Source of the DNA: Candidatus Latescibacterota bacterium
GTDB lineage: Bacteria; Latescibacterota; UBA2968; GCA-2709665
DNA: 64,000 nt
Direction of reading: 5' to 3'
Assembly (NCBI GenBank): GCA_965219995.1
Contig: CBDCOX010000002.1
Span: 2,752,001 to 2,816,000 of the forward strand
Shown here: positions 8,827-17,989 of the stretch, piece after piece
Layout: every line of letters starts with the position of its first letter
Position numbering within the stretch: the first letter of the stretch is position 1
Notes under the pieces: model-generated
Database searches by the model: none
What the model saw: the letters and a program-made list of their open reading frames with translations, nothing else
What the model was told of the DNA's origin: nothing
Made by a program: the position numbers and the translations under genes

Positions 8827-10107
8827 GTGGTGGCAAAGCGCGCTGCCAGGACGCCGAAATGGTATGCCCCCCGCATCCGCGGAGTCGACCCGACCGGAAG
8901 GACGATTTCAGTCAGGTCCGGGGAGACCATCGACCTTCGTCTCGAGGTAGAACCCTGTCAGTCGCTCCCGACCGGGCAGGTCTGGCGGCGCCTCTCCGAG
9001 CCGCTTCTGTCGGCAGCCACGACCCGCCAGGACTGGTGCCGCGTGCTCCTCTACATGCCATGCGTGCTGAGGGCGGACGGCATCTACAAGATGTGGTACG
9101 TAGGCAGTTCCGACCACGCGCGCAACCCTTCGTACATCCACCTCGGGTACGCCACGTCGACGGACGGTTTGCGCTGGGAACCGCATCCGGATAATCCGAT
9201 TGCCACCGACGATGCGATTCCGTGGGGCTGGCGTTTCCAGGCGCCGTACGTACTCTACGACGTGGAGGAGAAGGTCTACAGGATGTGGTTTACCGCCGTC
9301 GATGAAATCGACGTGGAGGGACGCCCGTGGTTGAACCAGCGTGTGGGGTACGGCGAGAGCCCCGACGGGATTTCATGGACGTTCCACCCGGAGCCGGTGC
9401 TGCGTACCGGGCGTCGTCCGTGTGTCCTGAAACTGGATGACGGGACGTACAGGATGTGGGTAAACGCGCCGTCCGGAAGGGATCCAGGTCTGCAGATGAC
9501 CATGAACGTCGTTTCCGCCCGGTCCGGGGACGGTCTGCACTGGAAACACGAAGGGGACGCGGTGCGGTACGGCGGGATCTACAGCTCCTGCGTGTATCCC
9601 TTCGTAATGCGCGACCGGGACGAACTGGCGATGTGGTTCGGCGGCCACCGGGCGGGCGGCGTTTTCGACATTTCGTTCGGGCGCACCCGCGACGGCAGCA
9701 CCTGGTACTACCAGAACGACGTGCCGACGTTTCCCCCGAACCCGCGCAGGGAAGCGTTCGACGGCCGGTACACGTCCACCCCTCACGTATTGAAATTGCC
9801 GGGCAGATACCTGATGTACTATTCCGCGCGCGACCTGGACGACGGCTGGATCGCGCCGGACGGTTCCCGCCAGCGGGACGCCGACGGGGTGTACCGCCAC
9901 ATCGGCTGCGCCGAACTGCCTGTCGACGCAAGGGAGGATCCGGGCCTCCGCTTTTCGTGGACGTCCGATGGCAAGGCAATACCCGGAAACGGCGGATCGC
10001 TGCGGTTCGAGGCGGACAGGGCGGGCAGGCATTCGATAACCTGCCGCGTGGAAAATGACAACGGATCAGCCGCGTACACCTGGGAGGTTGATGCAGGCAA
10101 TGGATAG
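8827..10107 (+). CDS. Five-bladed propeller glycosidase-like protein inserted in an Ig-like domain
   Basis: Core is a paralog of 3657 ('TTRQDWCRV', 'GRRPCV', 'DGRYTSTP', 'YYSARD', 'YRHIG'); extra beta-rich segments at both termini. Confidence 0.7.
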   Translation: MVAKRAARTPKWYAPRIRGVDPTGRTISVRSGETIDLRLEVEPCQSLPTGQVWRRLSEPLLSAATTRQDWCRVLLYMPCVLRADGIYKMWYVGSSDHARNPSYIHLGYATSTDGLRWEPHPDNPIATDDAIPWGWRFQAPYVLYDVEEKVYRMWFTAVDEIDVEGRPWLNQRVGYGESPDGISWTFHPEPVLRTGRRPCVLKLDDGTYRMWVNAPSGRDPGLQMTMNVVSARSGDGLHWKHEGDAVRYGGIYSSCVYPFVMRDRDELAMWFGGHRAGGVFDISFGRTRDGSTWYYQNDVPTFPPNPRREAFDGRYTSTPHVLKLPGRYLMYYSARDLDDGWIAPDGSRQRDADGVYRHIGCAELPVDAREDPGLRFSWTSDGKAIPGNGGSLRFEADRAGRHSITCRVENDNGSAAYTWEVDAGNG

Positions 10108-10264
10108 ATCCGTGATCCTGGCGGCGGACCGCCGCGCCCGATGCGCGGTGGAGGTGCCCGCGAATCCCGTGGACGGCGCCTATCACCTGGGCGGCATCGG
10201 AGGGAAGCGGGGGAATATTAACAACTTCCTGCTGGGGCACCTCTGGGGAATCGACAGGATTTGA
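10100..10264 (+). pseudogene. Probable truncated gene remnant
   Basis: ATG overlaps the upstream stop as in a coupled operon gene ('MDRSVILAADRRARCAVEVPANP'), but the ORF stops after ~54 codons, next to palindromic repeats and the hicAB module. Confidence 0.35.
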
Positions 10265-10287
10265 GACATGGGACTGGTTTATCCTGT

Positions 10288-10671
10288 TTAGCGCGTTCCA
10301 ACGCCTTTCGCCGACCCTTCGACAAGCTCAGGGAGCGGCTCAGGTCGCAGGCGCACAGCCAGCCGCGCGCTCACCAGCCGGTTCAGGCTCACGCCCTGTT
10401 CCGCCGCTTCGATAACCAGGGCGCGGTGCGACTCCGGCGGCAGACGAACCAGGAACTTACCGCTATACGCGCGGTCCGCCAATGGCGCCGGCGTTGGTTC
10501 ACCGGTGGCGCGCATGTCGTCCATGGATTCCCGAACGAGCCGCCGGATGCCGGACAAGGCCTCGTCGGGTGACGGCGCGAGCCAGCTCAACGACGGAAAT
10601 TCCGCGCAGAGACCCACGTGTTCGCTGTCGTCCGCGGACCACGTGATCCGGTAGGTGAAATGATCGTTCAT
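10288..10671 (-). CDS. hicB: HicB-family antitoxin
   Basis: 'HFTYRITWSADDSEHVGLCAEFPSLSWLA' and RHH-type 'YSGKFLVRLPPESHRALVIEAAEQGVSLN'; start overlaps the hicA stop (ATGA). Confidence 0.9.
   Translation of the reverse strand: MNDHFTYRITWSADDSEHVGLCAEFPSLSWLAPSPDEALSGIRRLVRESMDDMRATGEPTPAPLADRAYSGKFLVRLPPESHRALVIEAAEQGVSLNRLVSARLAVRLRPEPLPELVEGSAKGVGTR
10315..10333. repeat. REP-like palindrome CCCTTCGACAAGCTCAGGG
   Basis: Related copies at 26145..26163 and 60634..60654 (reverse orientation). Confidence 0.6.
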
Positions 10672-10916
10672 TTTAAGTCCTCGAGTTTGTTGATTGCCCT
10701 GATGACCTGGCGCACCTGATACGGCTTCGCCATGCCTTTGTGATTTTGGATGTTTATCCTTGGATCGCCCGTCCATGGCATCCGGTAGACCCGATGGCTT
10801 GTCCCTTTCTGGCGTGGTTCCCCGAAATAGTCGTCGCAGAGCTTTACAAGATCCGTAAAACGGACCCCATTCGGATTGTTACGAAGCGCTTTGAGGATTT
10901 CCGTCGTGCTCACCAT
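10668..10916 (-). CDS. hicA: HicA-family toxin
   Basis: 'NPNGVRFTDLVKLC..YFGEPRQKGTSHRVY...AKPYQVRQV', with the conserved His; coupled to hicB. Confidence 0.85.
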   Translation of the reverse strand: MVSTTEILKALRNNPNGVRFTDLVKLCDDYFGEPRQKGTSHRVYRMPWTGDPRINIQNHKGMAKPYQVRQVIRAINKLEDLK

Positions 10917-10950
10917 GATGTATGATATCAAAAATGATACTAATAGTCAA
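10917..10950 (-). promoter_or_regulatory. Sigma70 promoter with operator for hicAB, leaderless
   Basis: Minus strand TTGACT-17 nt-TATCAT-5 nt-ATG; TATCA-TTTT-TGATA palindrome in the spacer. Confidence 0.75.
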
Positions 10951-11084
10951 GTGGAGTTGTTTTGTGCCTGGAACGACGGGCGAGCCGGAACACACTTTCG
11001 ATCTGCATACGGTGACACGCTGATCGGACTACGAGTTGACAGAGGTTGCCTGATACCCCATCGCTAAGCAAGAAAGGTACCTGC

Positions 11085-12896
11085 ATGGATCAACCCATCC
11101 TGATATTGCGCGCGGGAAGCGACCCGTCGGAAGACCTGTGCGCCGAGGTGCTCCGGTGCGAGGGTTTTCCCTGGCTGGAAGAGCGCCCCGCCTCCGGATT
11201 TGACGGTGTGACTCCCGGCGTCGGCCTGGTCGTGCTGGCTGGCGCTGGCGTCGGCCGAACCATCGCGGAGCGCCTGGCAGGGGCTGTTTCCGCGGGTGTT
11301 TCGCTGGTCGCGCTCGCGCCCGACCCGGCAGTCGCGGCAGCGTTCGGCGTGTCGGGCGCCGATGCTGTGACCGACGCCCACCTGTCCGTGACCGCCCTGG
11401 ACGGTTGGGAGCATGGCGACGTGCCGCTGCTGTGCCCCGACGACACCGCCCGTCCCCTTCACGGCGGCCGGGAAGTGGCGGCGCTACGGGCCGATGGCGG
11501 AGAGCGATGCGGATCCGGAATCGCATCCGTCCGCGTGGGAGATGGAAGGGTATGGATTTACGGCTACGACCTCTGCCGGACCGTGGCCACGCTGCGTCAC
11601 GGCACGGGAGACGTGCGCGAGCGTCCGGCGAAGGACATGGGGCCGCTTACCGGGCCGCGGCACATCTACGGTTTCTTCGAGCTTTCCGATAAGCTGCCCC
11701 GGGACGTGCCGGTTTGCGACCTGCATCAGGATATTCTGAGGACGCTCGTTCTGTCCTCCCTCTCCGATAGCTGTCTTCCCCGGCTCTGGCACTTTCCCGA
11801 CGCCGCCCCCGCGCTCTGGTTCGTGAAGGGCGATGGCTGCGGCGAGGTCGGCGCCGACGTGGAGGTCCGGGTCGTCGAGGAATACGACGCCTATCTCACG
11901 TTCAACAGACCCCCCGTGAGCCGTTTCGGCGGCGACCTGATGAGGGATTGGCACGAGCGGGGGCACGGCATCACCATCGAAGCCAACCTGGACGACGTCA
12001 CGCGGCCCGTGGTCGACGTCTCGGGAAAGAAGGTCCGGCGATCACGCACCGCACAGGACCTGAACGAAAACGCGCTACCCGATATCCGCGCCAACCTGGA
12101 GGCGCACCGCGACAGCTTCTTTCGCGACACCGGTCTGGAAATGGACACGATCTGCATCCACGGCTGCCAATGGTCGGGGCAGCCGATGGCGGAGATGGTG
12201 GTCGACCTCGGCTGGTACACGCCCACCCACTTCGTCTCGCACGATCCGCGCATGCGCCACGATGAACGCTACGGACCGTACATGATTTCGACCGCCCTGC
12301 CCCTCCGATACTTCCAGCATGGTATGGGGGTTCTGGACCTGTGGCACATGCCGGCGCAGTGGGACGAGAGCCAGACGCTGGGGGAACGGGACTCCACGGA
12401 CCCGAAATCGACGGGCAGGGTGGGCCTGTCGGCGGAGGCATACGGCGAGGAACTCACCCGGTTCGCCGAAGACGCGGCGCGGCGCTGGCACGGCTGCCAG
12501 ATCGCGAACTTTCACCCCAGCTACGTCGCGATGTCCCAGGACGATCCCAGGGCCTCCCGGCGTGCGCTGGAGATGGGTCTGGACGGCGCCCGGGCGGCAG
12601 GGTGCCGGTTCGAGAACCAGGAGCGGTGGTCGCGGTTCTCCCGGGCCCGGGCGGACGTGCGGCTCGCGGAGCGGCGGACGGAGGGTGAAGCCGTCGTTCT
12701 GACGCTGGTCTCCCCCGGAGACCTGCATGGACTCACCCTGCTGCTGCCCGACCGTGTGACCGGAGTCCGCGGTGCCGAAACGGGGAACACCCTGGACGTC
12801 CGTGAGGTTGTGCTGGAGGGACGTCGCCAGCGGGCCGTATCCCTGAATCTCTTCGCGGAAACGCCCCGTACACTTCGAATGGATACCGCGACCTGA
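11085..12896 (+). CDS. Hypothetical protein: GATase-like N-domain plus polysaccharide-deacetylase-like (NodB) barrel
   Basis: Paralog of 51476..53188 ('LWHFPDAAPAL..KGD', 'HGCQW', 'NFHP'); GAAAGG before ATG 11085. Confidence 0.55.
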   Translation: MDQPILILRAGSDPSEDLCAEVLRCEGFPWLEERPASGFDGVTPGVGLVVLAGAGVGRTIAERLAGAVSAGVSLVALAPDPAVAAAFGVSGADAVTDAHLSVTALDGWEHGDVPLLCPDDTARPLHGGREVAALRADGGERCGSGIASVRVGDGRVWIYGYDLCRTVATLRHGTGDVRERPAKDMGPLTGPRHIYGFFELSDKLPRDVPVCDLHQDILRTLVLSSLSDSCLPRLWHFPDAAPALWFVKGDGCGEVGADVEVRVVEEYDAYLTFNRPPVSRFGGDLMRDWHERGHGITIEANLDDVTRPVVDVSGKKVRRSRTAQDLNENALPDIRANLEAHRDSFFRDTGLEMDTICIHGCQWSGQPMAEMVVDLGWYTPTHFVSHDPRMRHDERYGPYMISTALPLRYFQHGMGVLDLWHMPAQWDESQTLGERDSTDPKSTGRVGLSAEAYGEELTRFAEDAARRWHGCQIANFHPSYVAMSQDDPRASRRALEMGLDGARAAGCRFENQERWSRFSRARADVRLAERRTEGEAVVLTLVSPGDLHGLTLLLPDRVTGVRGAETGNTLDVREVVLEGRRQRAVSLNLFAETPRTLRMDTAT

Positions 12897-12931
12897 TGTG
12901 GCGTTCTCGACCCGGGATGCGGAGAATACCG

Positions 12932-14947
12932 ATGAAACGGACGATACGACGTACGGCGCTTCTGAATATTCAGAGAGTGAGCTATTCCCGCGAGCACGTG
13001 GCGCGAGTCCGGAGCGAGGGATTCACGGATATCGGCGTCTCCCTGAAAACCGGGGAACGGAAATTCACGGGCCAGGGATTCGACTCGGAACAGGTGTGTC
13101 AATTTGGCGCGTGGGCCGATGAATTCGGCCTGGGGATGACCGTGTTCACCGGTTACATGAAGTACAGGGAGAGTTTTCTGCGGGACCATCCGGAGCGGGC
13201 CATGGTATGCGTCGGCGGTTCGGGTACCGCGATGGACAGCGATAACCTCGTACGCACCAAATGGTTGTGCCCGTTCCAGCCGGAGAACAAGGCGGAATAC
13301 CTCGATCTCCTGAGGAGCGTCATCGGACTGCCGGCGCTCCGGGAGATCCATCTGAACGACGAAGCCGCGATCGGGTTCGCAAACGGCGACATCGGCTGCT
13401 ATTGCGACCATTGCGTATCCGAGTACGAAAAGAAACACGGGTCGCCGCCGCCCGCCGACTTCGACTGGGAGTCGGAGGCGTGGTGGGCGTGGGTGCAGCG
13501 CAGGATGGCGCGTTGGACGGAGGTCCATGCCTGGTTCCGTGCTCAGATCAAAGCCGAGCGCCCGGACGTGATGGTCGGCATTCAGTATTCGCCGGTGGTC
13601 GTATCCTTCAACGACAATACCTGGCGGGCGGGGATCGATCTCTCGCGGGATGCGCTGGCCCAGGACGTACTCTGTACCGACCCCTACCACTACAACCATA
13701 CGTCGCACTTCACCTACCGGCCCGCGCGCCGGATCCTGACGGAGGCGACCCGGACGCTCGCCGGCGCCACCGTGAGGCGTTCGCTGAATATCTATCCGCA
13801 GGCGTTCAGACCGCCCCTGGGGGGGCCGGAACTGACCCGCCGAGACGGTTTCATGGCCGGCGCGGTTCCCTACGCGCTCGGCGCGGACAACATTACGCCG
13901 TATTCCAATGACCTGGCCCGCATCATCCCCGGATTTCTGGACGGATTCCACGAAGCCGGGAAGCTCGTCCCCTATTTCGAGAAGACAAGACCCTATGCGT
14001 ACGCCACCGTTGTCAACCCCACACAGACGGAAATCTACGGGAATCCGGAAACCGGCTGGGGCCGGAAGGCGCTGGCGGTCTGGCCCGACGTCATGAACCA
14101 CGTGGGACTGCCGTGGCGGTGGCACTTCGACGGCCGTCTCGCCGACGCGGGGAACGTACTGGAAGGCCCGGCGATTCTGCCGGATACCCACTGCATGACC
14201 GGCGAACAGAGGGCCGTACTGCAGGCGCACGCCGCATCGGGCAACGGTCTGCTCCGGGTGGGAAGGACCCCGAACCGGGACTGGCCGGGAGCAGGTCCCT
14301 GTCCACCGCCGGCAGGGAAAACCATCGACAGCGCGGAAATGCGGCCGGTCAGTCCGGACCATCCTTTCCTGGAGGGTGTTTCGCATCCCGTCATGCTGCA
14401 GTCCGCGTTTTCCGAGCCGGGCATCGAAGGGGAGACGGTGGGCGAAATCGACGGGAGGCCGGCGCTGGTCTTGAACGAGGAAGACGGCGGCCGCCAGGTC
14501 TGGCTGGCGGGAGTCCCGGAGTTCAGCTACGTGACGCCGGGTGACCACAACGGCGTCCGGACGCCCACGGACGGCATTCCGCTGCTTCGGAATATCCTGA
14601 AATGGCTGGCGCAGGACGAGCCGGTTGCCCGACTATGGCCCTATCCTCCGGAGAATGCCTACCGGGACCTGCGGCCGTGGGACCGCCGCGACGTGCCGAC
14701 CATGGAACTGTTCCCGATGATCGGCGACGGCTGCCTGGTCTGTCTCATCTTCAACTACGTGGGCCTGGCCTATCGCACGAATCTCGTGATGCGCGCACCG
14801 GACGGTGCTGAAGTCGTCTCGCTTGTCGACGTCTTTAGCGGGGACGACAGGCTTCCCGCTTCGGAGGTCCGCGGCAGCGAGGTCATTCTGCCCGTCAGGA
14901 TGTCGAATGACACCGATTTCCTGGTCATGGAAATGACGTGGAAATAG
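12932..14947 (+). CDS. GH42-like TIM-barrel glycoside hydrolase with trimerisation-like domain (paralog 1)
   Basis: 'WLCPFQPENK', 'EIHLNDEA', 'GCYCDHC' Zn-type motif, 'TDPYH'; close paralog of 42444. Confidence 0.65.
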   Translation: MKRTIRRTALLNIQRVSYSREHVARVRSEGFTDIGVSLKTGERKFTGQGFDSEQVCQFGAWADEFGLGMTVFTGYMKYRESFLRDHPERAMVCVGGSGTAMDSDNLVRTKWLCPFQPENKAEYLDLLRSVIGLPALREIHLNDEAAIGFANGDIGCYCDHCVSEYEKKHGSPPPADFDWESEAWWAWVQRRMARWTEVHAWFRAQIKAERPDVMVGIQYSPVVVSFNDNTWRAGIDLSRDALAQDVLCTDPYHYNHTSHFTYRPARRILTEATRTLAGATVRRSLNIYPQAFRPPLGGPELTRRDGFMAGAVPYALGADNITPYSNDLARIIPGFLDGFHEAGKLVPYFEKTRPYAYATVVNPTQTEIYGNPETGWGRKALAVWPDVMNHVGLPWRWHFDGRLADAGNVLEGPAILPDTHCMTGEQRAVLQAHAASGNGLLRVGRTPNRDWPGAGPCPPPAGKTIDSAEMRPVSPDHPFLEGVSHPVMLQSAFSEPGIEGETVGEIDGRPALVLNEEDGGRQVWLAGVPEFSYVTPGDHNGVRTPTDGIPLLRNILKWLAQDEPVARLWPYPPENAYRDLRPWDRRDVPTMELFPMIGDGCLVCLIFNYVGLAYRTNLVMRAPDGAEVVSLVDVFSGDDRLPASEVRGSEVILPVRMSNDTDFLVMEMTWK

Positions 14948-15163
14948 TAATCGGGACTCGCGCTGCACGGCACCAATATGTATCTTGCGGCAGATTATCG
15001 GTGTTGTTTTATAATAGGATGTTTTTCAATAACTTATATTGGCATATGCCGGCAACTTCCACAGTTTTGAAGTCGGGCTGGTCAGAATTGTGTCGTGCGG
15101 TCTGCGGTGAAAGGGTTCGGCGCCATGGTTCGGAATTGGAAACAGGCTTCCCGCTGTTTTGGG

Positions 15164-15199
15164 TTTTATCCTGTCTATCCTGTCCATCCATGTAAGTTT
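15164..15199. repeat. ATCCTGT-type 36-bp repeat, copy 2
   Basis: TTTTATCCTGTCTATCCTGTCCATCCATGTAAGTTT; matches 2350..2385. Confidence 0.8.
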
Positions 15200-15225
15200 C
15201 GTTTTTATACCAGGAACCCTGGTTC

Positions 15226-16329
15226 ATGATCGAGGTCGTAGACGGCGGCATCCTTTCGTGGCGGCGCGGGCTGGGGGCGTACATGCCCACCATCACGCCG
15301 CTCTCGGACGGCAGTATGATCGCCTGCCAGCACGTGGGCGCCGAACTGGGTTCCGCGGACAATCACATCGAGGTCCTTCGCTCGACCGACGGCGGTGCAA
15401 ACTGGGCGAACGAGGGCAGCATCCACGGCGGAGGGCCGCCGGAAGACGGATGGAGCTACAGGGCGCCCCACGTCAGCGAAATCCCCGGAAACCGGCTGGT
15501 GATGACCGCGACCCGTTTCGAAATGCGGTCCCACAAGCTGTTCGACCCGAACTCGGAGGTGCTGCAGCGCCCGGAGATGCTGCTGTTCCGGTCGGACGAC
15601 GCCGGACGGACCTGGTCGACGCCGCAGGTGGTTCCGGTGGACCTGCCTCCCGAAAGGTACACCTGCAACGGCGCCGGTGTGCTCCTCCAGATCGCCCCGG
15701 ACCGGTGGATGTACCCGCTGGAAACGTGGAAGCCGGAAGGCTGCGAGGGGCCCCCGGATCAAAAGGCCGCGGCCGTCTTCTCCCCCAACCAGGGACGAAC
15801 CTGGGGTGAGTTTACCGTGGTGGCGGACGATCCTTCGGGGGCCGTACTCTGGTGGGACCAGATGAACACGGTACTGCCGGACGGCAGAATCTACACGATG
15901 CTCTGGACCCACCGGTACGGGACCTCCGAAGACCTGCCCAACCACTGGACCGTCTCCAACGACGGCGGGCGCACGTGGTCGGCGCCGCGGTCCACCAACC
16001 TGCGCGGGCAGGTCTGCTCCCCCATCGCGCTGGCCGACGGGCGCGTGGCGGCCATTTACAACTTCCGGCACGATCCGCAGGGTATCCGCGTGGCCCTCAG
16101 CGAGGACCTGGAGACATTCGACGTGGACGGCCAGGCCGTCGTGTTCGACGCGGGAGCCGAGGCGACCCTGGGTGAGCCGGAGACCGACAATTTCCTGGCC
16201 GAACATATGCAGATCGCGTTCGGCAAGCCCGGCGGGCTCTGCCTCGCCGGCGGGGATCTGATGACGTATTTCTGGTGTACGGTCGGTGGCGTCACGCACA
16301 CGCGCTGGGCGCGACTCAGGGTCGATTAG
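15226..16329 (+). CDS. BNR/Asp-box sialidase-like propeller protein
   Basis: Four Asp-boxes: RSTDGGANW, RSDDAGRTW, SPNQGRTW, SNDGGRTW. Confidence 0.8.
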   Translation: MIEVVDGGILSWRRGLGAYMPTITPLSDGSMIACQHVGAELGSADNHIEVLRSTDGGANWANEGSIHGGGPPEDGWSYRAPHVSEIPGNRLVMTATRFEMRSHKLFDPNSEVLQRPEMLLFRSDDAGRTWSTPQVVPVDLPPERYTCNGAGVLLQIAPDRWMYPLETWKPEGCEGPPDQKAAAVFSPNQGRTWGEFTVVADDPSGAVLWWDQMNTVLPDGRIYTMLWTHRYGTSEDLPNHWTVSNDGGRTWSAPRSTNLRGQVCSPIALADGRVAAIYNFRHDPQGIRVALSEDLETFDVDGQAVVFDAGAEATLGEPETDNFLAEHMQIAFGKPGGLCLAGGDLMTYFWCTVGGVTHTRWARLRVD

Positions 16330-16372
16330 TGTTTTGTGCGCCAGCCGAAACCGGTTTTGGGAGAATGGAAAT

Positions 16373-17452
16373 ATGAGTAGCCTCGATCAGGCTGAAGCGC
16401 GTGTGGCCGCGGATGTGCTGGAAACATTCGTGCGCGACCTGTTTCTGGCTGCCGGCGTACCTGGAGACGATGCGGAAACCATCGCCCGCGCAACACTTTG
16501 CCAGGAAATCCGCGGCAACACGACGCACGGGCTTCGGCTCACCCATTTCAATCTGCGAGGGCTGGCTGACGGGACGATTCGGGCGAATCCCGAACAGCCC
16601 GTCCTGAGCGATCGTGGGATGACCGCGGTCATCGAAGGCGACCACGGCGTGGGCATCATCGGCTGCATGAAGGGGATGCGGTTGGCGATCGATAAAGCCC
16701 GGGAAGGCGGCATCGGCATCGCCCTGGTCGTTCGCAACAACCACTTCCTCGCCGCCGTACCGTACTGCCTGGAAGCAGCCAACGCAGGCATGATCGGCAT
16801 CGCGTTTTCGAACACCAAGGGATCCATGGGATATCCAGGCGCCCGCGGTTCTGTCATCGGCAACACGCCGATGGGGTTCGGCATCCCCGCCGGCGGCGGA
16901 TTTCCGATCCTGTTCGACGCGTGCATGACCGCCTCCGGGGGCAGGATGAGGCAATGGATCCGGGAAGGCAGACGGATTCCGCCGGATATTCAGGGCTTCG
17001 ACAGGGACGGCAGGCCGACCGACGATCCGCAGGCCGTAATTGGCGGCGGCACGACGCTGCCCATCGGCGTCCACAAAGGCGCGGGGCTGGCCATTCTGGT
17101 GGAGGCGCTGACGGGCGTGCTGGGCGGCGCGGCTTTCCTGAGCGATATCACGCCCCCGGACCAGGCGGACCGAACCGACAAGACCCACGCGGTCAGCCAC
17201 TGCTGCATCGCCATCGACATCGGGGCGTTCATGCCCGTTGAGGCTTTCGAAGCCCGGATGGCGGACTTCATCGCCGACCTGAAGGGCAGTCCCCTGGACG
17301 GCGCGTCAGACGAGATCCGGCTGCCCGGCGAGAGGATGGAGCGGACCCGGCGGGAATGCGAAATTCACGGCATCCCGCTGGAACCGGACGTGCGAGAGGA
17401 ATTGGAGATATGGGCCGAACGGTTGGGTGTGCCCTTTCCCGACACCGTTTAG
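16373..17452 (+). CDS. Ldh_2 (malate/L-lactate/sulfolactate dehydrogenase type 2) family oxidoreductase
   Basis: 'RGNTTHG', 'VRNNHF', 'IGNTPMGFG', 'LPIGVHKGAGL', 'IRLPGER'. Confidence 0.9.
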   Translation: MSSLDQAEARVAADVLETFVRDLFLAAGVPGDDAETIARATLCQEIRGNTTHGLRLTHFNLRGLADGTIRANPEQPVLSDRGMTAVIEGDHGVGIIGCMKGMRLAIDKAREGGIGIALVVRNNHFLAAVPYCLEAANAGMIGIAFSNTKGSMGYPGARGSVIGNTPMGFGIPAGGGFPILFDACMTASGGRMRQWIREGRRIPPDIQGFDRDGRPTDDPQAVIGGGTTLPIGVHKGAGLAILVEALTGVLGGAAFLSDITPPDQADRTDKTHAVSHCCIAIDIGAFMPVEAFEARMADFIADLKGSPLDGASDEIRLPGERMERTRRECEIHGIPLEPDVREELEIWAERLGVPFPDTV

Positions 17453-17479
17453 CTACCCGCCTGATCGATGCGAGGGAAA

Positions 17480-17977
17480 ATGGACGACAGACATCGGATT
17501 CGCGCCGCAACCGAAGGCGACCTTGACCGGATTGGAGAAATCATCCGCCAGGCGTGGGAACCGATCTTCGGCCTGCACGAAGAGAACTGGGGCGAGGAAC
17601 TGTTCGGCGTCCTCTATGCGAACTGGCCGGAAAATATCAAGGCCAGCGTGGGACGCCACCTTGCGGAACACCCGGACTGGGCGTTCGTCGTGGAGGCGCG
17701 CGACAGCGGCAAGGTGGTGGCGTTCATCACCTATCTGCTGGAACCGAAGAAAGGCATCGGAATCGTCGGTCTGAACGCCGTGGCAGCCCGGTTGCAGGGG
17801 CAGGGAATCGGGACAAAGATGTACAACTTCGTCATGGACCGGTTCCGGGAAGCCGGGCTCAAATACGCACAGGTCCGGACCGGGCTGAACGACGCGCAGA
17901 CCGGCGCTCGCAGGGCCTACGAGAAAGCCGGGTTCAACATCGAACGCAAAGAGGTCATCTATTACGCGTACCTGTAA
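17480..17977 (+). CDS. GNAT-family N-acetyltransferase
   Basis: 'IRAAT..D', acetyl-CoA motif 'QGQGIGT', 'ARRAYEKAGF'. Confidence 0.9.
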   Translation: MDDRHRIRAATEGDLDRIGEIIRQAWEPIFGLHEENWGEELFGVLYANWPENIKASVGRHLAEHPDWAFVVEARDSGKVVAFITYLLEPKKGIGIVGLNAVAARLQGQGIGTKMYNFVMDRFREAGLKYAQVRTGLNDAQTGARRAYEKAGFNIERKEVIYYAYL

Positions 17978-17989
17978 AAGGGGGCGGGT

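Noticed and set aside
12521-14548. Long antisense ORFs (also 340..1350, 1080..2222, 33769..35217, 47897..49477 and others)
   Set aside because: They mirror well-supported + strand genes in a high-GC genome and show no recognisable motifs.
15038-15056. TTGGCATATGCCGGCA as a sigma54 promoter
   Set aside because: GG-to-GC spacing is 9 nt rather than the required 10.
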